A stretch of DNA of 63,997 bases, counting the filler, from Collodictyon triciliatum (lineage: Eukaryota): assembly GCA_043381765.1 (NCBI GenBank). It is 10 parts of 10 records of this genome, joined end to end, with 100 filler letters (N's around TTAATTAATTAA, not from the genome) between each part and the next. Parts side by side here need not be neighbours in the genome. Positions count along the whole stretch, not along the records: positions 45,894 to 52,340 come from JBHJMP010004444.1; positions 52,441 to 58,886 come from JBHJMP010004445.1; positions 58,987 to 63,997 come from JBHJMP010004525.1; 7 more parts are not named here. One strand, written 5' to 3'. The position numbers were made by a program, and so were the translations under genes. Position 1 is the stretch's first letter, and each line of letters opens with the position of its first letter. The notes beneath the pieces are model-generated. The model did no database searches. It was not told the DNA's origin and was given only the letters and a program-made list of their open reading frames with translations. Of this stretch, positions 51,064 through 63,997 are shown one piece after another.

Positions 51064-52265
51064 GGTCTCCGGTTTTGCATTTACGGGAAATGGGCAAGTC
51101 GCTGTCGACTTGTTTACTGCAACATCGGCTATTTTCCCAACCACAGATTAGTAGAATCTGCTACAGAATGTTCAGTGTGTCCCTCCGATATGACTAATGT
51201 TCCGTACTATATATTGCAACACTGTCCGGTAAATTTGTTATCAATCCCATGTGGTGTCTTCTTTCGTAAAACATACCTGTCATACTATCTCTGAATGTCA
51301 ACGGGCTCAGGAGTCAAGTAGCGGGAGTGTGGAGATGAAAATACTGCATGCACACTTAAACAAGGCAATATGGGTAATTTGTCTACAAAAATCCATATAT
51401 TGCCTCAAAATATTATTTGTGTTTTCTGCCCTCGTTCTCTTTGGAAGCATGATTGAAATACTAATATTTCAAAAACCTTGCTCTTTGACAGGTGAATTTT
51501 AACATTTCCTACCTCATTTTAGTTTATCTACCGAAAACTTTCAGGGATGTCGTCATTCGAAAGCTTTATGCTCGGTATGTCTCGATTTTTATTGCTGATA
51601 AATTGTAGCGCTTCCCTCACAGACACATTCTATCTATTATTTTTTTTATAATTTTTTTTTTTAAAAAAAAAGAAATGATACTGGGAAATTAACGGTCATG
51701 AATAGGACTTATTTTCGCATGTTTTATTTTTGCCAACTGCACCACTCTGTCTTCGTGGGTGACTCACCTCTTCAAGCTGGGAAATTTGAGTGGGTTTATT
51801 TTATCGCTTGTCACTGGTCCAACGCAATGTGTCTTTTGGCACGTTAGTCTATGTTATCACAAATTTCTCAACTGCTGGGCCAGTGCCAGACTCAAAACAA
51901 TGTCATTTATGAGTTCGTCCCTTATTATAACTATTTTCCACTCTAATTTAACCATTTCTGCTTCTTTTGATTCTGATTCGATGACTGATTGCAATATCTG
52001 GATGAATATTTAACAAAGCTAGTTTAGGCTCTAAAGAAATATCTCTACTATAGTACATAGATTAAACATCTATCGTTAATTGAAGAAGCCCACCTATCAT
52101 TAAAATGACTTTTAATTATCATCTCGCAGGGCGTTCAGCTGTGTGCCATAGGTTTTATATACTGTTCAGAACGCCAAGAAATTTGAATGAAGAGGGTTCC
52201 AAGGCTGTTTGACAGGACTTTGCAAGGATGATACTCATAGACCGCCATCTTCGCATTCTCCAAAC
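51064..52265 (-). CDS. Fragments of an unidentified multi-exon gene
   Basis: Short splice-bounded open frames such as ILQSVIESESKEAEMVKLEWKIVIIRDELINDIVLSLALAQQLRN and NVSVREALQFISNKNRDIPSIKLS. No family recognised. Confidence 0.35.
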
Positions 52266-52282
52266 CAAATCTCAAAATATTG

Positions 52283-52340
<58 letters not shown>

Positions 52341-52639
52341 NNNNNNNNNNNNNNNNNNNNNNNNNNNNNNNNNNNNNNNNNNNNTTAATTAATTAANNNN
52401 NNNNNNNNNNNNNNNNNNNNNNNNNNNNNNNNNNNNNNNNAAAAGAAAAAAAGAAAAAAAGAAAAAAAGAAAAAAAGAAAAAAAGAAAAAAAGAAAAAAA
52501 GAAAAAAAGAAAAAAAGAAAAAAAGAAAAAAAGAAAAGAAAAACACAGTGTCCATATGTTTGGTTTTCTCTTTCACAGAATTTTGAAAAATAATCGAAAG
52601 AAGTACGACCAATCAAATACATAATCGAAGAGTACATCA

Positions 52640-55600
52640 GTTTTTGGCCTTGATGGGTCGATTCTATGCACCCCGACGATGAAGCTGTCATAGCTCACTA
52701 ATCCAGTCTACAATATGGAATGACACCGGGTCAATATTGATGATTTCAATGCGATGTCTCATAATGAATCCAGTCACGAACCAGAGAAGATCTGATCGAT
52801 TTTTCAAACTGAGATAATATCGACACATTGTGCAATATCCATCTTTCCACCACCATGCTTAAAAAGGAATGGGCAATAATATCTCTGTATTGTCGAATTA
52901 CGCCATACGTTCAATTGAGACACACACGTATGACTGGTACAATAATTTTACTACTGATTCCAAATCGCAATCAAAATACGATGAATTCTCTCGAAAGATA
53001 AACAATTACCGCTTTGTCTTTGATTCATCCAAATGAGACATTTTCTCTACCACACCTTGGAACTCGAGCACAGAGTCGGCACCCATAAAGTTTAATATTT
53101 TTGGGAGGCTTTCAACGACTGCGTTCTAAATACCAGAAATGTCAATTGGAAAGTGCAATAATTTAACGTGTCACGTTTAAAATGAGTAGGGGTATACTGT
53201 CATCCAAAAAAGAATTGAACAGTACGAGTGGGATTTTATGTCCTTCGTCTTTTATTAGGCAGATTGGTTGGATATTTTCAGGTGTATCGTGTTGATTGGA
53301 TTTTCCGGTAAAAGTGCTGACCACAGCAGATGTGTATCTTTGTCAATATATAGAATTGAAGAAAATGTTTGTTTCGAATTCATGCTTTAGATGTACCAAG
53401 AAAAATATTTTAAATAAGCAAATATCTCATATGTGAAGATTCAATTGACGTTACATATAGAAGTCAAGGGAGTCGCGAGACAATTCGTCGTAAACGCCAG
53501 CAAAGCGAGAGAAGAGGTGTATTCTTGGACACTTATTTGCATCGCTTGATTGAATTAGCGTGTATATCAAATCTAACAGTCGCTGTAGCATGTTATTTAC
53601 ATTTAGTATTTGAGTCTCAATTTTTACATTTTATATGACAATAACATCACAGCTTCCAAACAGCAGGTAATTTACTTAATGCAACAAGTAAACAAAAGTC
53701 TGTGATAGGCGGGCGACTCACCAACTCAGCCGTAGTGCGTAGTCCATACAGTTGGAGATAATAAGTATAAATCATTTCGGATAGAGTCATCCGTGCATAT
53801 TTTAGTGTAGGAGGTGTTTGTTCGATGGGCAGTTCTTTGGATTCAGAATGATGACTCTTGCTAGGAGAGGAGCCAACTTTTTGAGGAGATTGTTTCATAA
53901 TCCAGGGATATGTTTCAAGTACATCATCGATGACTTTGTGATACATGTAATTTATAAATGAATGAAGCCAATCTTCTGACAAAGTCTTTGCCGAGGGAGT
54001 ATCTATAGCAAGGCATTTCAGACATTTATAAGTATGTGGGTGCCTGCTTGATTGATATTTTTGTAGGAAAAAAAAGTATCATTATGGTTAGCTTGTTTAA
54101 ATTCAAACCAATAGGGACGCTTCTAAAATATTTCATCCATCTGTCAGGTATGAGCACCCCTCCTAATGACATCTATGTTGATAAGTTATGATAAGCATTT
54201 AGTCGAGGTTCTAGAGATTGATTAATTTTTTTAAGATGATGTCTAAAGTGTATGTAAGTTTCTCCCCAAAATGAGAAAAAATGTTTGAAGAACTATTTTC
54301 CCCCTCTACAAATTCAAGCGTATGTGGATAAACCTTGGGTGGTGAGGACGACATGGGTTCATAGACGAAGGTATTTTCCATGGACTGAGTTTTGGGATAC
54401 AAGTTCTGGTCCATCTTCAAATGCGTCATTCTTCTTTCGGCAATAGGAGAGGAACTAGACATTTGTCCATAAGACTGCTGCGACTGAAAAATTGACTTTG
54501 TTGTCAAGTCACTGAGCATCTCCTTCAACTGCCCCTTAATATCGCGCTGCTTAACAGTTTTAGATGATGACGCTGGAATATCAAGGCTGGAAGTACTTGT
54601 ACGCGTTTTAAAATCTTGAGATGCCAAATTATCTCTTGAATTTGATGAAATAATATCTTGTTCAGTAGCTTCAGCCATGCTCTGCTGGAGAAAGAGAAAA
54701 AAAGCAAAAATTAAATAAAAAAACTTCAGTAATAAAGAAAATCAAGTTCAGTAAGAAAATACTGGTGAGCAGCAGACAAAAATACCAAACCTCTCTTTTT
54801 TCTTGCTCCTTTTCTGGTACAGCCGATAATAATAGATTCATTTAAACAGTTTAAGAGTTAGATTTCAACCATTACATTTAAAGAGCACAAGAGTAAATGA
54901 AGATAACAAAAAAATTAAAAAAATTAAAAAAAAGCTTGAAAACATGTTCATGGGAATACAAAAAATGTGGAGCAAATGTGAGTTATTGAATAATTGCGCA
55001 CTCTGCATGAGAAGGTTCACAACAGATTTCAGTTTAATCTTCAGATTCTTTTCTGATTCTACATAAGAATTGCATTCCTGGCTCATTCTTGACAGGTGCT
55101 GCTCCAATCTACATCAATTTACTCAGTATTAATTGCATCAACTCACCCACAGGAAAACTGAAATGCAAGTTGTACATTAAATATGAAAAAAAAAAGGGAA
55201 TGAAGAGCATTCGAATAACACCATAGTATAACTGCGCGATGATCTAATGTCTTGAAATATTAAGATTTACTTTATTCAAAAGGATTATCAAACCTTTGCT
55301 GTTGATGCAATAAAACACGTCTTTCTGATTGAAACTGCAATTGAAGTGTGATTATTTGATTCTCGTACTCCATTTTCATGTTCTGAATGCTAGATTCACT
55401 GGCTGCAAGACCTAAATGTTTTTTCAATGAATAATGTTCGGACGAGAGGACTTTTATTTTGAATCCAAAAAAATTAAAAATTAAAAATTAAAAAACTAAA
55501 AACTAAAAACTAAAAATTAAATATTAAAAATTAAATATTAAAAATTAAATATTAAAAATTAAATATTAAAAATTAAATATTAAAAATTAAATATTAAAAA

Positions 55601-57043
55601 TTAAAAAACTAAAAATTAAATTATAACAGAACAAAAACAGAACAAAAACACAAAATTGAAGCTAAAATAAAATAAATTAGAACAAAACTAAACCAAGTAA
55701 ATAAAAACATATAAGTAACAATACTTTTTTTTTCTTTAAAGCAAACGGCGTATAATATAAAACATAACAAGCCACACATAACAAATAAGAGATAAAAACG
55801 ACATGAAAACGGAAAAAACATTCAAAAAACAATATTACGCTCGGCAAATTGATTTTTTTCTTGATCACGCAACTCCATCACGATTTCAAAGAGTTGGATA
55901 TAGCGATTCCATATTTTCGAAAGCAATTTTCCTCTTTCCTGGCAATGTACAGAAACCTATATTTAATTTTGCGAAATAAGGAAGAAACATAACAAACGAT
56001 GAGAGGTTGAATTTACAAGTGGTGAAAAAAATTGAGTTTTCATTTGCCCTTGCATTTTTTTGGGGGTTTATAAATGCACGAGAATGACCTGTCTGACTAT
56101 TTCGTTGAAAGACGCCGAATATAAAAATTGAGCTTCACGAACAATGTCTTTGTGTGGAAAATGACAGTTTATCATCATAGAAGAAATGAAATGATATGAA
56201 TTGTGGGAAACGGAAGAAAAGGAAATCTATTTAGCGTCATCAATTTTCAGTGAAATAAGTGGGAATGCACAATTTAGTACAAACATGCAGGACCAAATAA
56301 TTACGAGCTTTTTGATAGCTATTACTAAAAGGTGTACCTGACGGGTCTTTGTTCCGAGTCATATTATCAGCCAGTCTCTCATTTAACCATTTGTCCAATA
56401 ATAACACCTCCTTTCTGCTGGACGGACGAAATCCAGGGAATACTGTTGCTTTCCATACTCTTTCTTTCTCTATTTAAGTAGAAATAATCGAGTCAAGAAT
56501 TTTTTTCCATACAACATACAAATTGATAAGAGTCTTTATGCTACACGAGTAGCTAGTGGACCTTGTCTGTTGCGGATAAGCGAGCAAGAAATACTAGATA
56601 TTGAAAACAAGATGCACGAACCATCATATTCATATTTATAATCCGTATCAGAGGGAGGAAACATAGTTTTATCGATAAGATGGTGCTCAGGGGGTATCAT
56701 GGTTTGTGGGATATAGTCATCCGTAGAATCTCCTTTCATAGCTATTCGACCATGTCCTGGCTTATCCGAAATGAATGATATGTCCTTTTGTCGATATGTG
56801 CAGCAATTTTAGTAAATAGATGCCGCAACACATTAACTTGTGTAGTACATTTAAATCTGGTCTCTGAAAAAGCACCAAAAGAAACCGAATGCGCCAAAAT
56901 TAAAAAAGGGAAAAGGAGAAGGGAATGGTAAGGAGGAGAGGTGCCTTTCTGTCCACAGGAGACATTCTAGTGGAAGTGGATATAGGCGTTTGGTGCCGAT
57001 AAGAGTCTTGAGGTGATGCAGTGCCGGGGGCTGAGTAAGCCAT
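52640..57043 (-). CDS. Axonemal dynein light chain domain protein (AXDND1-like) with coiled coil and a C-terminal helical/EF-hand-like region, 3' truncated
   Basis: Exons: VFPGFRPSSRKEVLLLDKWL / EAQFLYSASFNEIVRQ / VSVHCQERGKLLSKIWNRY. Later exons: EMIYTYYLQLYGLRTTAEL / PRIHLFSRFAG / GLVSYDSFIVGVHRIDP. Confidence 0.75.
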
Positions 57044-58029
57044 GATAAACGGAACTCCATTTAAGATGTCTGATAAAATTGGGTATAGGTGGGATGAGAA
57101 CATAGAAGAAGTGAATGGACATGTTTTCTTTTACTTTTTTTCGACATAAAGCTGCGTATATTAGCAGATCGGAAACTTCATTAAAAAAAAAAAAAACTGA
57201 GACAAAGGCACGAATGAAAGAAATCTAATGTGGCTGAAGATAATATAATGCGATGGAATCAAATGAAAACCGCTCTTGGCCCCGTGAGTAAGTTTCATCT
57301 CTTGGGGACTATTGCACCTTGGAATCGGCAAAAGGGCCGCTTTTTTAATTGATCCACAGTCAAGATGCGAGGTTATCTTCTCTCCTACACCAAGATGTTA
57401 GCAAATAAAATATGGTTCAGCGCGTTGCCCTTTCCAACAAAAAACACTCCTCGCCCGCCAACTGGCCTCTCTGGCAAGACGGCAACAAGCAAGCGGTTTC
57501 TTGCAGAGGTGCGCAGTTAATACAAAAGAGAAAAAAAAAGCAGCAAAAAACAAAATAAAAATGTAGCATGAATGGTCGCCGTCTTCAAAAAAAAACACCG
57601 ACGCCAAAAGGTTACAAAACGCAGCAGAGAGGCAGCGAGTGTGAGCCCGACCTATAGAAGGCAAAGGCCCGTCCAGCGACGCCGGCGACTTCGAAGTGGA
57701 GCGCAGAACGGAGGTCGGGCGTGAAGTCATCTTACGTTAATAGTGTAAGCGTATGGAAAGCTGCAATCTTCTCTGCCGATAACTATCCCAGGGAGCATGG
57801 GTCTGCATCTGTTGCTCTCTTGCTCTCTCCTTGCGAGTGTTGCTTCCAATCCTTCGTCCTCTTCATCAAAAAAATAAAAAGCAAATATTAATAGTCCACA
57901 TATGGAAATAACTGATCACAGTATACAAAGTACGGCATTTTAATAACTATAACAAGTGTTCCGTTCTGCACCCAGTATCCTCCACAAATGACCATGTTTG
58001 CGCACCGCACAAGAACGGGGACGGGCTGT

Positions 58030-58629
58030 TTAGGAGTTACCGGCAGGGCGAGCCACGACCATGAAAGTCGTCCCCAGGTGATGGATTTCGATGGATTCTG
58101 CAACCCAACCAGCGTTTGCCAGGATGCCAGGAATATCGCGGTTGAACCAGCAGCCCCACCTTCTTGCGTGAGAAGCAGCCATCCAGTCGAGATACCTGTT
58201 CATCAGACCCCACGACGCAGACCTGCCGTGCTCCAAGAGAAACAGCCTCCCCCCAGGCGCACACAACCTGTGCAAATCCTTGAGGCTCCGAACAGGGTCA
58301 TCAACGCTGCACAGCACAAACGTCTGCACAATCGAGTCAAACTGGACGGCAGGCTTTTCTATGATTTGGCTCGACAACGACACATCCGGGTTGCATCGGA
58401 CATAGGTGATTTCAGGGCCTCTCCAGGTCTCTCTGGCCCTCTCGGCAGCCTGCGTCAGCATCGGTCCAGACGCATCCACCAGCACCAGTGCAGAGACTTT
58501 CTCTGGGTCGTAGAAGGGAAGGTTTCGACCAGTTCCGACACCAACCTCCAACACGCGCCCAGAGATGCGGCTGCACAGGCTAGCACGAAGTTTGTCCAGG
58601 CCAAGGACTTTTTCATCCCGGTCTATCTT
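58030..58629 (-). CDS. Class I SAM-dependent methyltransferase (OMS1/METTL7-like), last exon
   Basis: Motifs RVLEVGVGTGRNL, VLVDASGPML, FDSIVQTFVLCSVDDP, LCAPGGRLFLLEHG and WGCWFNRDI. Confidence 0.9.
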   Translation of the reverse strand, partial: KIDRDEKVLGLDKLRASLCSRISGRVLEVGVGTGRNLPFYDPEKVSALVLVDASGPMLTQAAERARETWRGPEITYVRCNPDVSLSSQIIEKPAVQFDSIVQTFVLCSVDDPVRSLKDLHRLCAPGGRLFLLEHGRSASWGLMNRYLDWMAASHARRWGCWFNRDIPGILANAGWVAESIEIHHLGTTFMVVARPAGNS

Positions 58630-58710
58630 CTGCGAGTATGTTCAAGCCAATCAGCACGCACACAATACATATGCCTGTTTCATTTGTTCCCCTGACATCC
58701 AAGATGAGAG

Positions 58711-58886
58711 AAATAACATCTAAATAACATCTAAATAACATCTAAATAACATCTAAATAACATCTAAATAACATCTAAATAACATCTAAATAACATCTAA
58801 ATAACATCTAAATAACATCTAAATAACATCTAAATAACATCTAAATAACATCTAAATAACATCTAAATAACATCTAAATAACATCT
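58711..58886. repeat. 11-bp tandem repeat (AAATAACATCT)n, about 16 copies
   Basis: Seen directly; runs into the contig end. Confidence 0.95.
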
Positions 58887-59002
58887 NNNNNNNNNNNNNN
58901 NNNNNNNNNNNNNNNNNNNNNNNNNNNNNNTTAATTAATTAANNNNNNNNNNNNNNNNNNNNNNNNNNNNNNNNNNNNNNNNNNNNTATCGATCAAACTT
59001 AC

Positions 59003-59350
59003 CTGCTTCAGCTCCAGAAGCTTTCGGGCGTTTTCTGCAGTGCGGAAGGCGATCAGGCAAAGGCCTTCGCTGTCCGGTAAGCGCAGTTGGATGGACTCTT
59101 TTCAAAGTTTGTTCGCTTTCAAGAAGGAGGCGAGCACATCTGTGAACCTGCGGGCCTTGTTCTTGTTATAAACGACTTGCTTGACATCATGCAAAAATAC
59201 TGTCCGATCAGACAGACTTGCAGGCGGCTTCCTTGCACGGGTCTTCCTAGACTTACGCGCAACTCGAGTTTTTTCCGCACCAATGTTGGAACAAGAAGAA
59301 TCGGCTGCAACTCGCAAAGCCTTCAACGGGTCGCGGCTTGTGTTTTCCAT
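59003..59350 (-). pseudogene. RRM-like first exon interrupted by one in-frame TGA (pseudogene, recoding or sequence error)
   Basis: MENTSRDP...RTVFLHDV (RNP2-like)...ANKL*KESIQLRLPDSEGLCLIAF (RNP1-like) RTAENARKLLELKQ, followed by a perfect CAG|GTAAGT donor. Confidence 0.5.
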
Positions 59351-59449
59351 CAGGCGCAGACAAGCATTACCATTATCATTATCATTATCATTATCACTAC
59401 CACTATCATTATCATTATCACTACCACTATTGCTATGATTATTGTTACC

Positions 59450-59500
<51 letters not shown>

Positions 59501-60212
59501 GGATCCAATAGGCCTCGACGCCCTCTCTCTCTCGGGAAATTTATGTGATTAACACCAGTGGTCATCAGGCACTGTAAGGAATTATGAAAATATCAAAAAA
59601 AAAAAAAAAAAAAGAAGTCTATTATTAGATTAAACAATTGCCTTTCATGCATACAGAGACATTCATGAAGATCTATTAAATCAGCCCATTTCTTTTTCTT
59701 AGTGTTTTCATACTGCGACAAAATATACGGCTCATCTATTTCAATCGATATTGAAGTGTATGCATTTCCAAGAAAAAAAAAGCGAATATTTCTATGGAAT
59801 ATTCCTTTTGATTTCTTTTCAAGATGATCAAAAAGAACAGTGTATTTTTGCTTGTCACTTTTTTATATGTGCCATCGTTTGAAGATTTGTCTCCCACAGA
59901 GCCCAATTTTTGCTGGCCTACTTTGTGGAAATATTCAATCCGAGAATTTGAAGCTGTCAAGCTCATTCAAATCCGAACAAAACAAAGGGGATGCGAAAAT
60001 TGGCTCTTCTCCTTGTTTCTTCTCGTTCCTTTTTTTTTTTTTTTGAAAATATAAAGGTTTATTTTTCTAATTAATCAAAAGTAAAGAGGCCATAATTAAA
60101 CCAATATATCAAACCATGTCACTAGAATTCATGACATAGATGGCTGAAAACAAATGTGACGATAAAATAACGCTGTTTGGGTAAATCATGCTGTGTGCAT
60201 ATGTCAAATGAT

Positions 60213-60313
<101 letters not shown>

Positions 60314-60479
60314 AGTCAAATCTGCGACCTGTCTGACATTCCTGGACAGGCAAAAGTCCTGATAGCTTGGTTTGCTTTCCCTTGATTAGGCTTGCCTGGT
60401 GCCCATGTGTCAATCTAAATCAAGACAAATGAAAAAGAAAAAAAAAACACACATACAGTCATCGACCAAAAGAATGGGG

Positions 60480-61408
60480 CATCGAAATAATGTTTTGAAA
60501 TAGGCTTTCCCATATCGGGGCTGTACTTTCCGATCTAAGTCGCTATCCAGCATCCAACCAGCGTACATTCCTATCCTCCGCTTCTTGGGAGGAGACCCCG
60601 CCGTCACCGGTTCCCACTGACTCCTCTGATGCACGAAATCTTGCACCCCGTTGCATTCTATCGCACCGGTCCCTGTCTTGTGCGACTTCAGGGAATGCAC
60701 AAACTCTGGAGGAAGGATTTGGTGGACCAGTTTTGATGTGTCTCGCACTCTTTGGAAAATGTGTGGGTCTGATTTCAATATGGTATTCACGCTCTTTCTG
60801 CGGTTTCTAATCAACTCCAGTCCCATCGAAACAGAATCTTGCTTTGTCCTGTCGGGCTCATTTTTATCCAGGAGCAAGTCTAAGGGGAGAAAAAAAAAAC
60901 ACGTCAATATTATATGTTTTTTTTCTCTCTCTCCCTTTTTTTTTAATTGAATTACAACGTTGTGTAATTTGCCGGTGTCATTAAATACCTTGTTGATTCT
61001 GGTCGGATTCTGATTTTTCTTGTTTGGATTTGATTGGGGAGTACTTGTACTTTTCGAGACTAGACAGAATATCCCTATGATGGGGTGGCTGGAGGCTGGC
61101 TTGTTCATCCTCTTTTGCCTCCACTCCAAGTAAGACACTGTCATGCTTAAGTGAACCAACACTGTCAAGGTTGTCATCGTCAAAAACACTCGGATCCAAG
61201 TTATGAAGAGCATTAATCTCTTGCTGTACAGAGTGATGTATGCTGTGTGGATATGGAGCGCTTGTTTTCGTATCCGATGGGATGCATTTGGATAGGTCCA
61301 TGCCAAGAATAATTTCATCTATGTTTTCAACCAGGCATTCTCCTTTCTTTTCCGATGTGTTTGCCACCAAAAACGTGTCTTTTCTTTTGGTCGGATTGAA
61401 AATCGGAT
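60480..61408 (-). CDS. Low-complexity exons, possibly the C-terminal tail of the MER3-like gene across the scaffold gap
   Basis: Open frames at 60981-61408 and about 60480-60880 lie on the same strand and scaffold (real N gap at 61409-61770, no linker). Confidence 0.45.
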
Positions 61409-61870
61409 NNNNNNNNNNNNNNNNNNNNNNNNNNNNNNNNNNNNNNNNNNNNNNNNNNNNNNNNNNNNNNNNNNNNNNNNNNNNNNNNNNNNNNNNNNNN
61501 NNNNNNNNNNNNNNNNNNNNNNNNNNNNNNNNNNNNNNNNNNNNNNNNNNNNNNNNNNNNNNNNNNNNNNNNNNNNNNNNNNNNNNNNNNNNNNNNNNNN
61601 NNNNNNNNNNNNNNNNNNNNNNNNNNNNNNNNNNNNNNNNNNNNNNNNNNNNNNNNNNNNNNNNNNNNNNNNNNNNNNNNNNNNNNNNNNNNNNNNNNNN
61701 NNNNNNNNNNNNNNNNNNNNNNNNNNNNNNNNNNNNNNNNNNNNNNNNNNNNNNNNNNNNNNNNNNNNNNNATATATATATAAGTATATAAATTAGGGAA
61801 AGTCCTCAATTTATAATTTAAACTATACAAAATGTTCCTTTTTCTCCTTAAATGAGGATATTTTTCATAA

Positions 61871-63887
61871 TTAGAATGGTATGCAAAAAGACGAACCAAA
61901 CTCTTCATTAACACACGATATGTGTAGTGTACTATCGTGAGCTCGCAATTTCACAGAGTATTCTGAGACATGAAGTGAAGAGCTGTGTGATCCAAAATTA
62001 AACTTTGAGAAACTTTTTTGCACGTATACTACAAAATGTTTATTTCCGAGTAATACACGATCAGTGGGTTTATAATAAACAATCACATACCGAAACTTTC
62101 TCAGGCATAAAATCTCTTCATCTTGGTTTCCTACTATCATGGTATACATGCATGATCGAAAGGGAAACTCCTGTGTCATGTTATCTCGAACTGGTACATT
62201 AATCGGAAAGTCTAATGTTATCTTCAAAGCTCGACCCCCATCGCTTGAAATGTCCTGTGATCCGTACGCAAAGGTAGACGTTTGTATTCCTTTTTCTTTT
62301 CTTTTTGGATTGATTACATTTTTCTGGTTCTTTTCCAATATGTAAATGTTGCTAAAGAAAATAGAATATCCAAAATGTAATCTTGCCTCTCTTAAAAGTA
62401 GTCTTGGTCTCCGAAATCCCAATGCTGTGTCACGTAGCTCCTTTCCAAAAGGAGGATTCTTTGATAGAATCTATATTTATTTAATTTTTGTTTAAAGTAT
62501 TGAATACATTTTGATGAAACAGCACAATGAGAAATATCCTCTGGTAAGATGGTGGACAAATTACGGCATATTGCCCATGTTTTAGTCAGGCACGTTTTTA
62601 TATATTTTGCGAATAAAGTAGAGTTTGAAAAATGGATACGATTTCGATCTTCCTGTGATCCAGGCTCGCCAGATCCTCAAATGTTTTTACTCCAGCATCC
62701 TCTAAACTCTTACTGTGCTTAGCTCCGATCTATGGACATGTATACAAAGTATATGAGTTTGACAGTATCATTATAATCATCATTTCGTTTTCACTAGGTG
62801 AAAGTAAACCCCTTCTATCTGTCGGCACACTTGTGTTGAATTTTCCCACATTTTCCTTAGAAAACTTCTTTTTCTAAATAACACAGTCGACTTAGTAAGA
62901 AAAAAATCAGCTATTCAAGTGAAAAAAAAACTAATCGGAAAATATATAATTATTCGCACAGATAATGAGAGTTCAACAATGACGTGAGATGAGCTTTCTT
63001 TAGTGACAGGTACTCTGTCATACAACGAAGAATTCTAAGTCCAACAGAGAATATCTGAAGGGACTCTTGTTTCAAACCTTTAGTATGTGTAAGGAATTTA
63101 AATATGTATTTGCACTGTCAATTGCTATTTCTTTTTATCTGCATATTGCATACTCCATGTAGACCCGCTGGAAGTTTTTTCTGAATGTTCATCTATCGAC
63201 ACGTTGCCCAATATTACCTAATAGAAGGGTTTAAAGAATAATGAGATAATCGGAGAAGAAGCAAAGAAAAAGAAAGGATTCCAAAATCACTATTTTTTTC
63301 GCCTTACTTGTGTCAGAATGCTTATCTTTTGATAATTCTCCTTGAATGGCGTTTTACCAGGCAGAGGATACCTTATTCCAGGGTCTTTGTTGATACTGTT
63401 AAGTATTCTTTTGTTTTCCCTTCTGAGTGAAATGTGCTGTAACCAATCAAGAAGTCGCGAATAATGTTAATATCAAAAGATATTGAACTTTAATATAGTA
63501 ACCAAATAACCAAAATGGAAAAGACACCCAACATATCGAAATTAAAAAAAAATATTAGTACTGTGTAGCAGAATATCTTTTATGACACTTATACCCCTAA
63601 CTCTTCGCATTTAGCCAAACACTCTATTAGTTCTTCGATAGAACTCCTGGAATCAATCAAAACAATATTTTTCATGGTATTGAAGGCTGTGTAATATCTA
63701 GCCATTACCAATCCGTCATCTCAACGGGCGTACACACGAAGGAGATTTTAGTTTTCACCTGCAATACTTGTCCCATGTATAATTCATGATTATCTTAGAA
63801 AATTACCTTTTGAACTCAATGTGAATCCGTCATCAATACCAATCATGCCATATTCTTCCAGTTGATTCAGACTATCCAGACACATTT
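61871..63887 (-). CDS. MER3: Meiotic DExH helicase MER3/HFM1, winged-helix/Sec63 region (partial)
   Basis: Exons: MCLDSLNQLEEYGMI / GLVMARYYTAFNTMK...LAKCEEF / ISLRRENKRILNSIN...KISILTQ / LKQESLQIF...RILRCMTEYL / RKMWENSTQVCRQIEG / IGAKHSKSLEDAGVKTF / ILSKNPPFG. Confidence 0.85.
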
Positions 63888-63921
63888 CTGAATTAAGATA
63901 TCAATTTTTAGTGTTGCGAGT

Positions 63922-63953
<32 letters not shown>

Positions 63954-63997
63954 AAAAAAAAAATCTTAATTTTTTAAATTTTTTTTTTTTTTTTTTT

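Noticed and set aside
6464-58986. Regularly spaced TTAATTAATTAA palindromes every ~6.55 kb as a biological array
   Set aside because: Each is embedded in fixed 44-N blocks. They are an artificial six-frame-stop linker between length-sorted contigs.
62471-62639. MER3 intron starting GTATCCAT (and LRR intron 3483-3594 starting GTATCTTT) as U12 introns
   Set aside because: Neither has a convincing TCCTTAAC branch site at the right distance from the acceptor. Donors in this genome are highly degenerate, so chance matches are expected.
63360-63371. GTATCCTC on the minus strand as a U12 donor
   Set aside because: It lies inside the MER3 coding exon (IRYPLP).

Overview
Intron-rich eukaryotic (protist-like) genomic DNA. 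The window is not contiguous: it joins about ten contigs of about 6.45 kb with an artificial N44-TTAATTAATTAA-N44 linker, so nothing can be inferred from adjacency across linkers. I reconstructed spliced genes by hand. These are two convergent LRR proteins, a TBC Rab-GAP, an HPD/J-like protein, a small membrane protein, a coiled-coil protein, a RING/B-box pseudogene, a PHO80-type cyclin, a P-type ATPase, a multipass membrane protein, a NEK-like kinase, NIF3, a duplicated DCX + Btk-like zinc-motif protein, an LCAT-family lipase, an axonemal dynein light chain domain protein, an OMS1/METTL7-like methyltransferase, an RRM-like exon with an in-frame TGA, and MER3/HFM1. There is also one tRNA-Val(GAC) gene. 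The most notable signals are a clear AT-AC U12-type (minor spliceosome) intron; an L1/Tx1-like non-LTR retroelement family, seen at four loci, whose ORF ends in a conserved PCNA-interaction (PIP) box and which has inserted into itself with a 17-bp target-site duplication; the DCX-zinc module duplication; and a G34 Val tRNA. Conserved genes read correctly in the standard genetic code. All family assignments come from motif recognition, not database searches.
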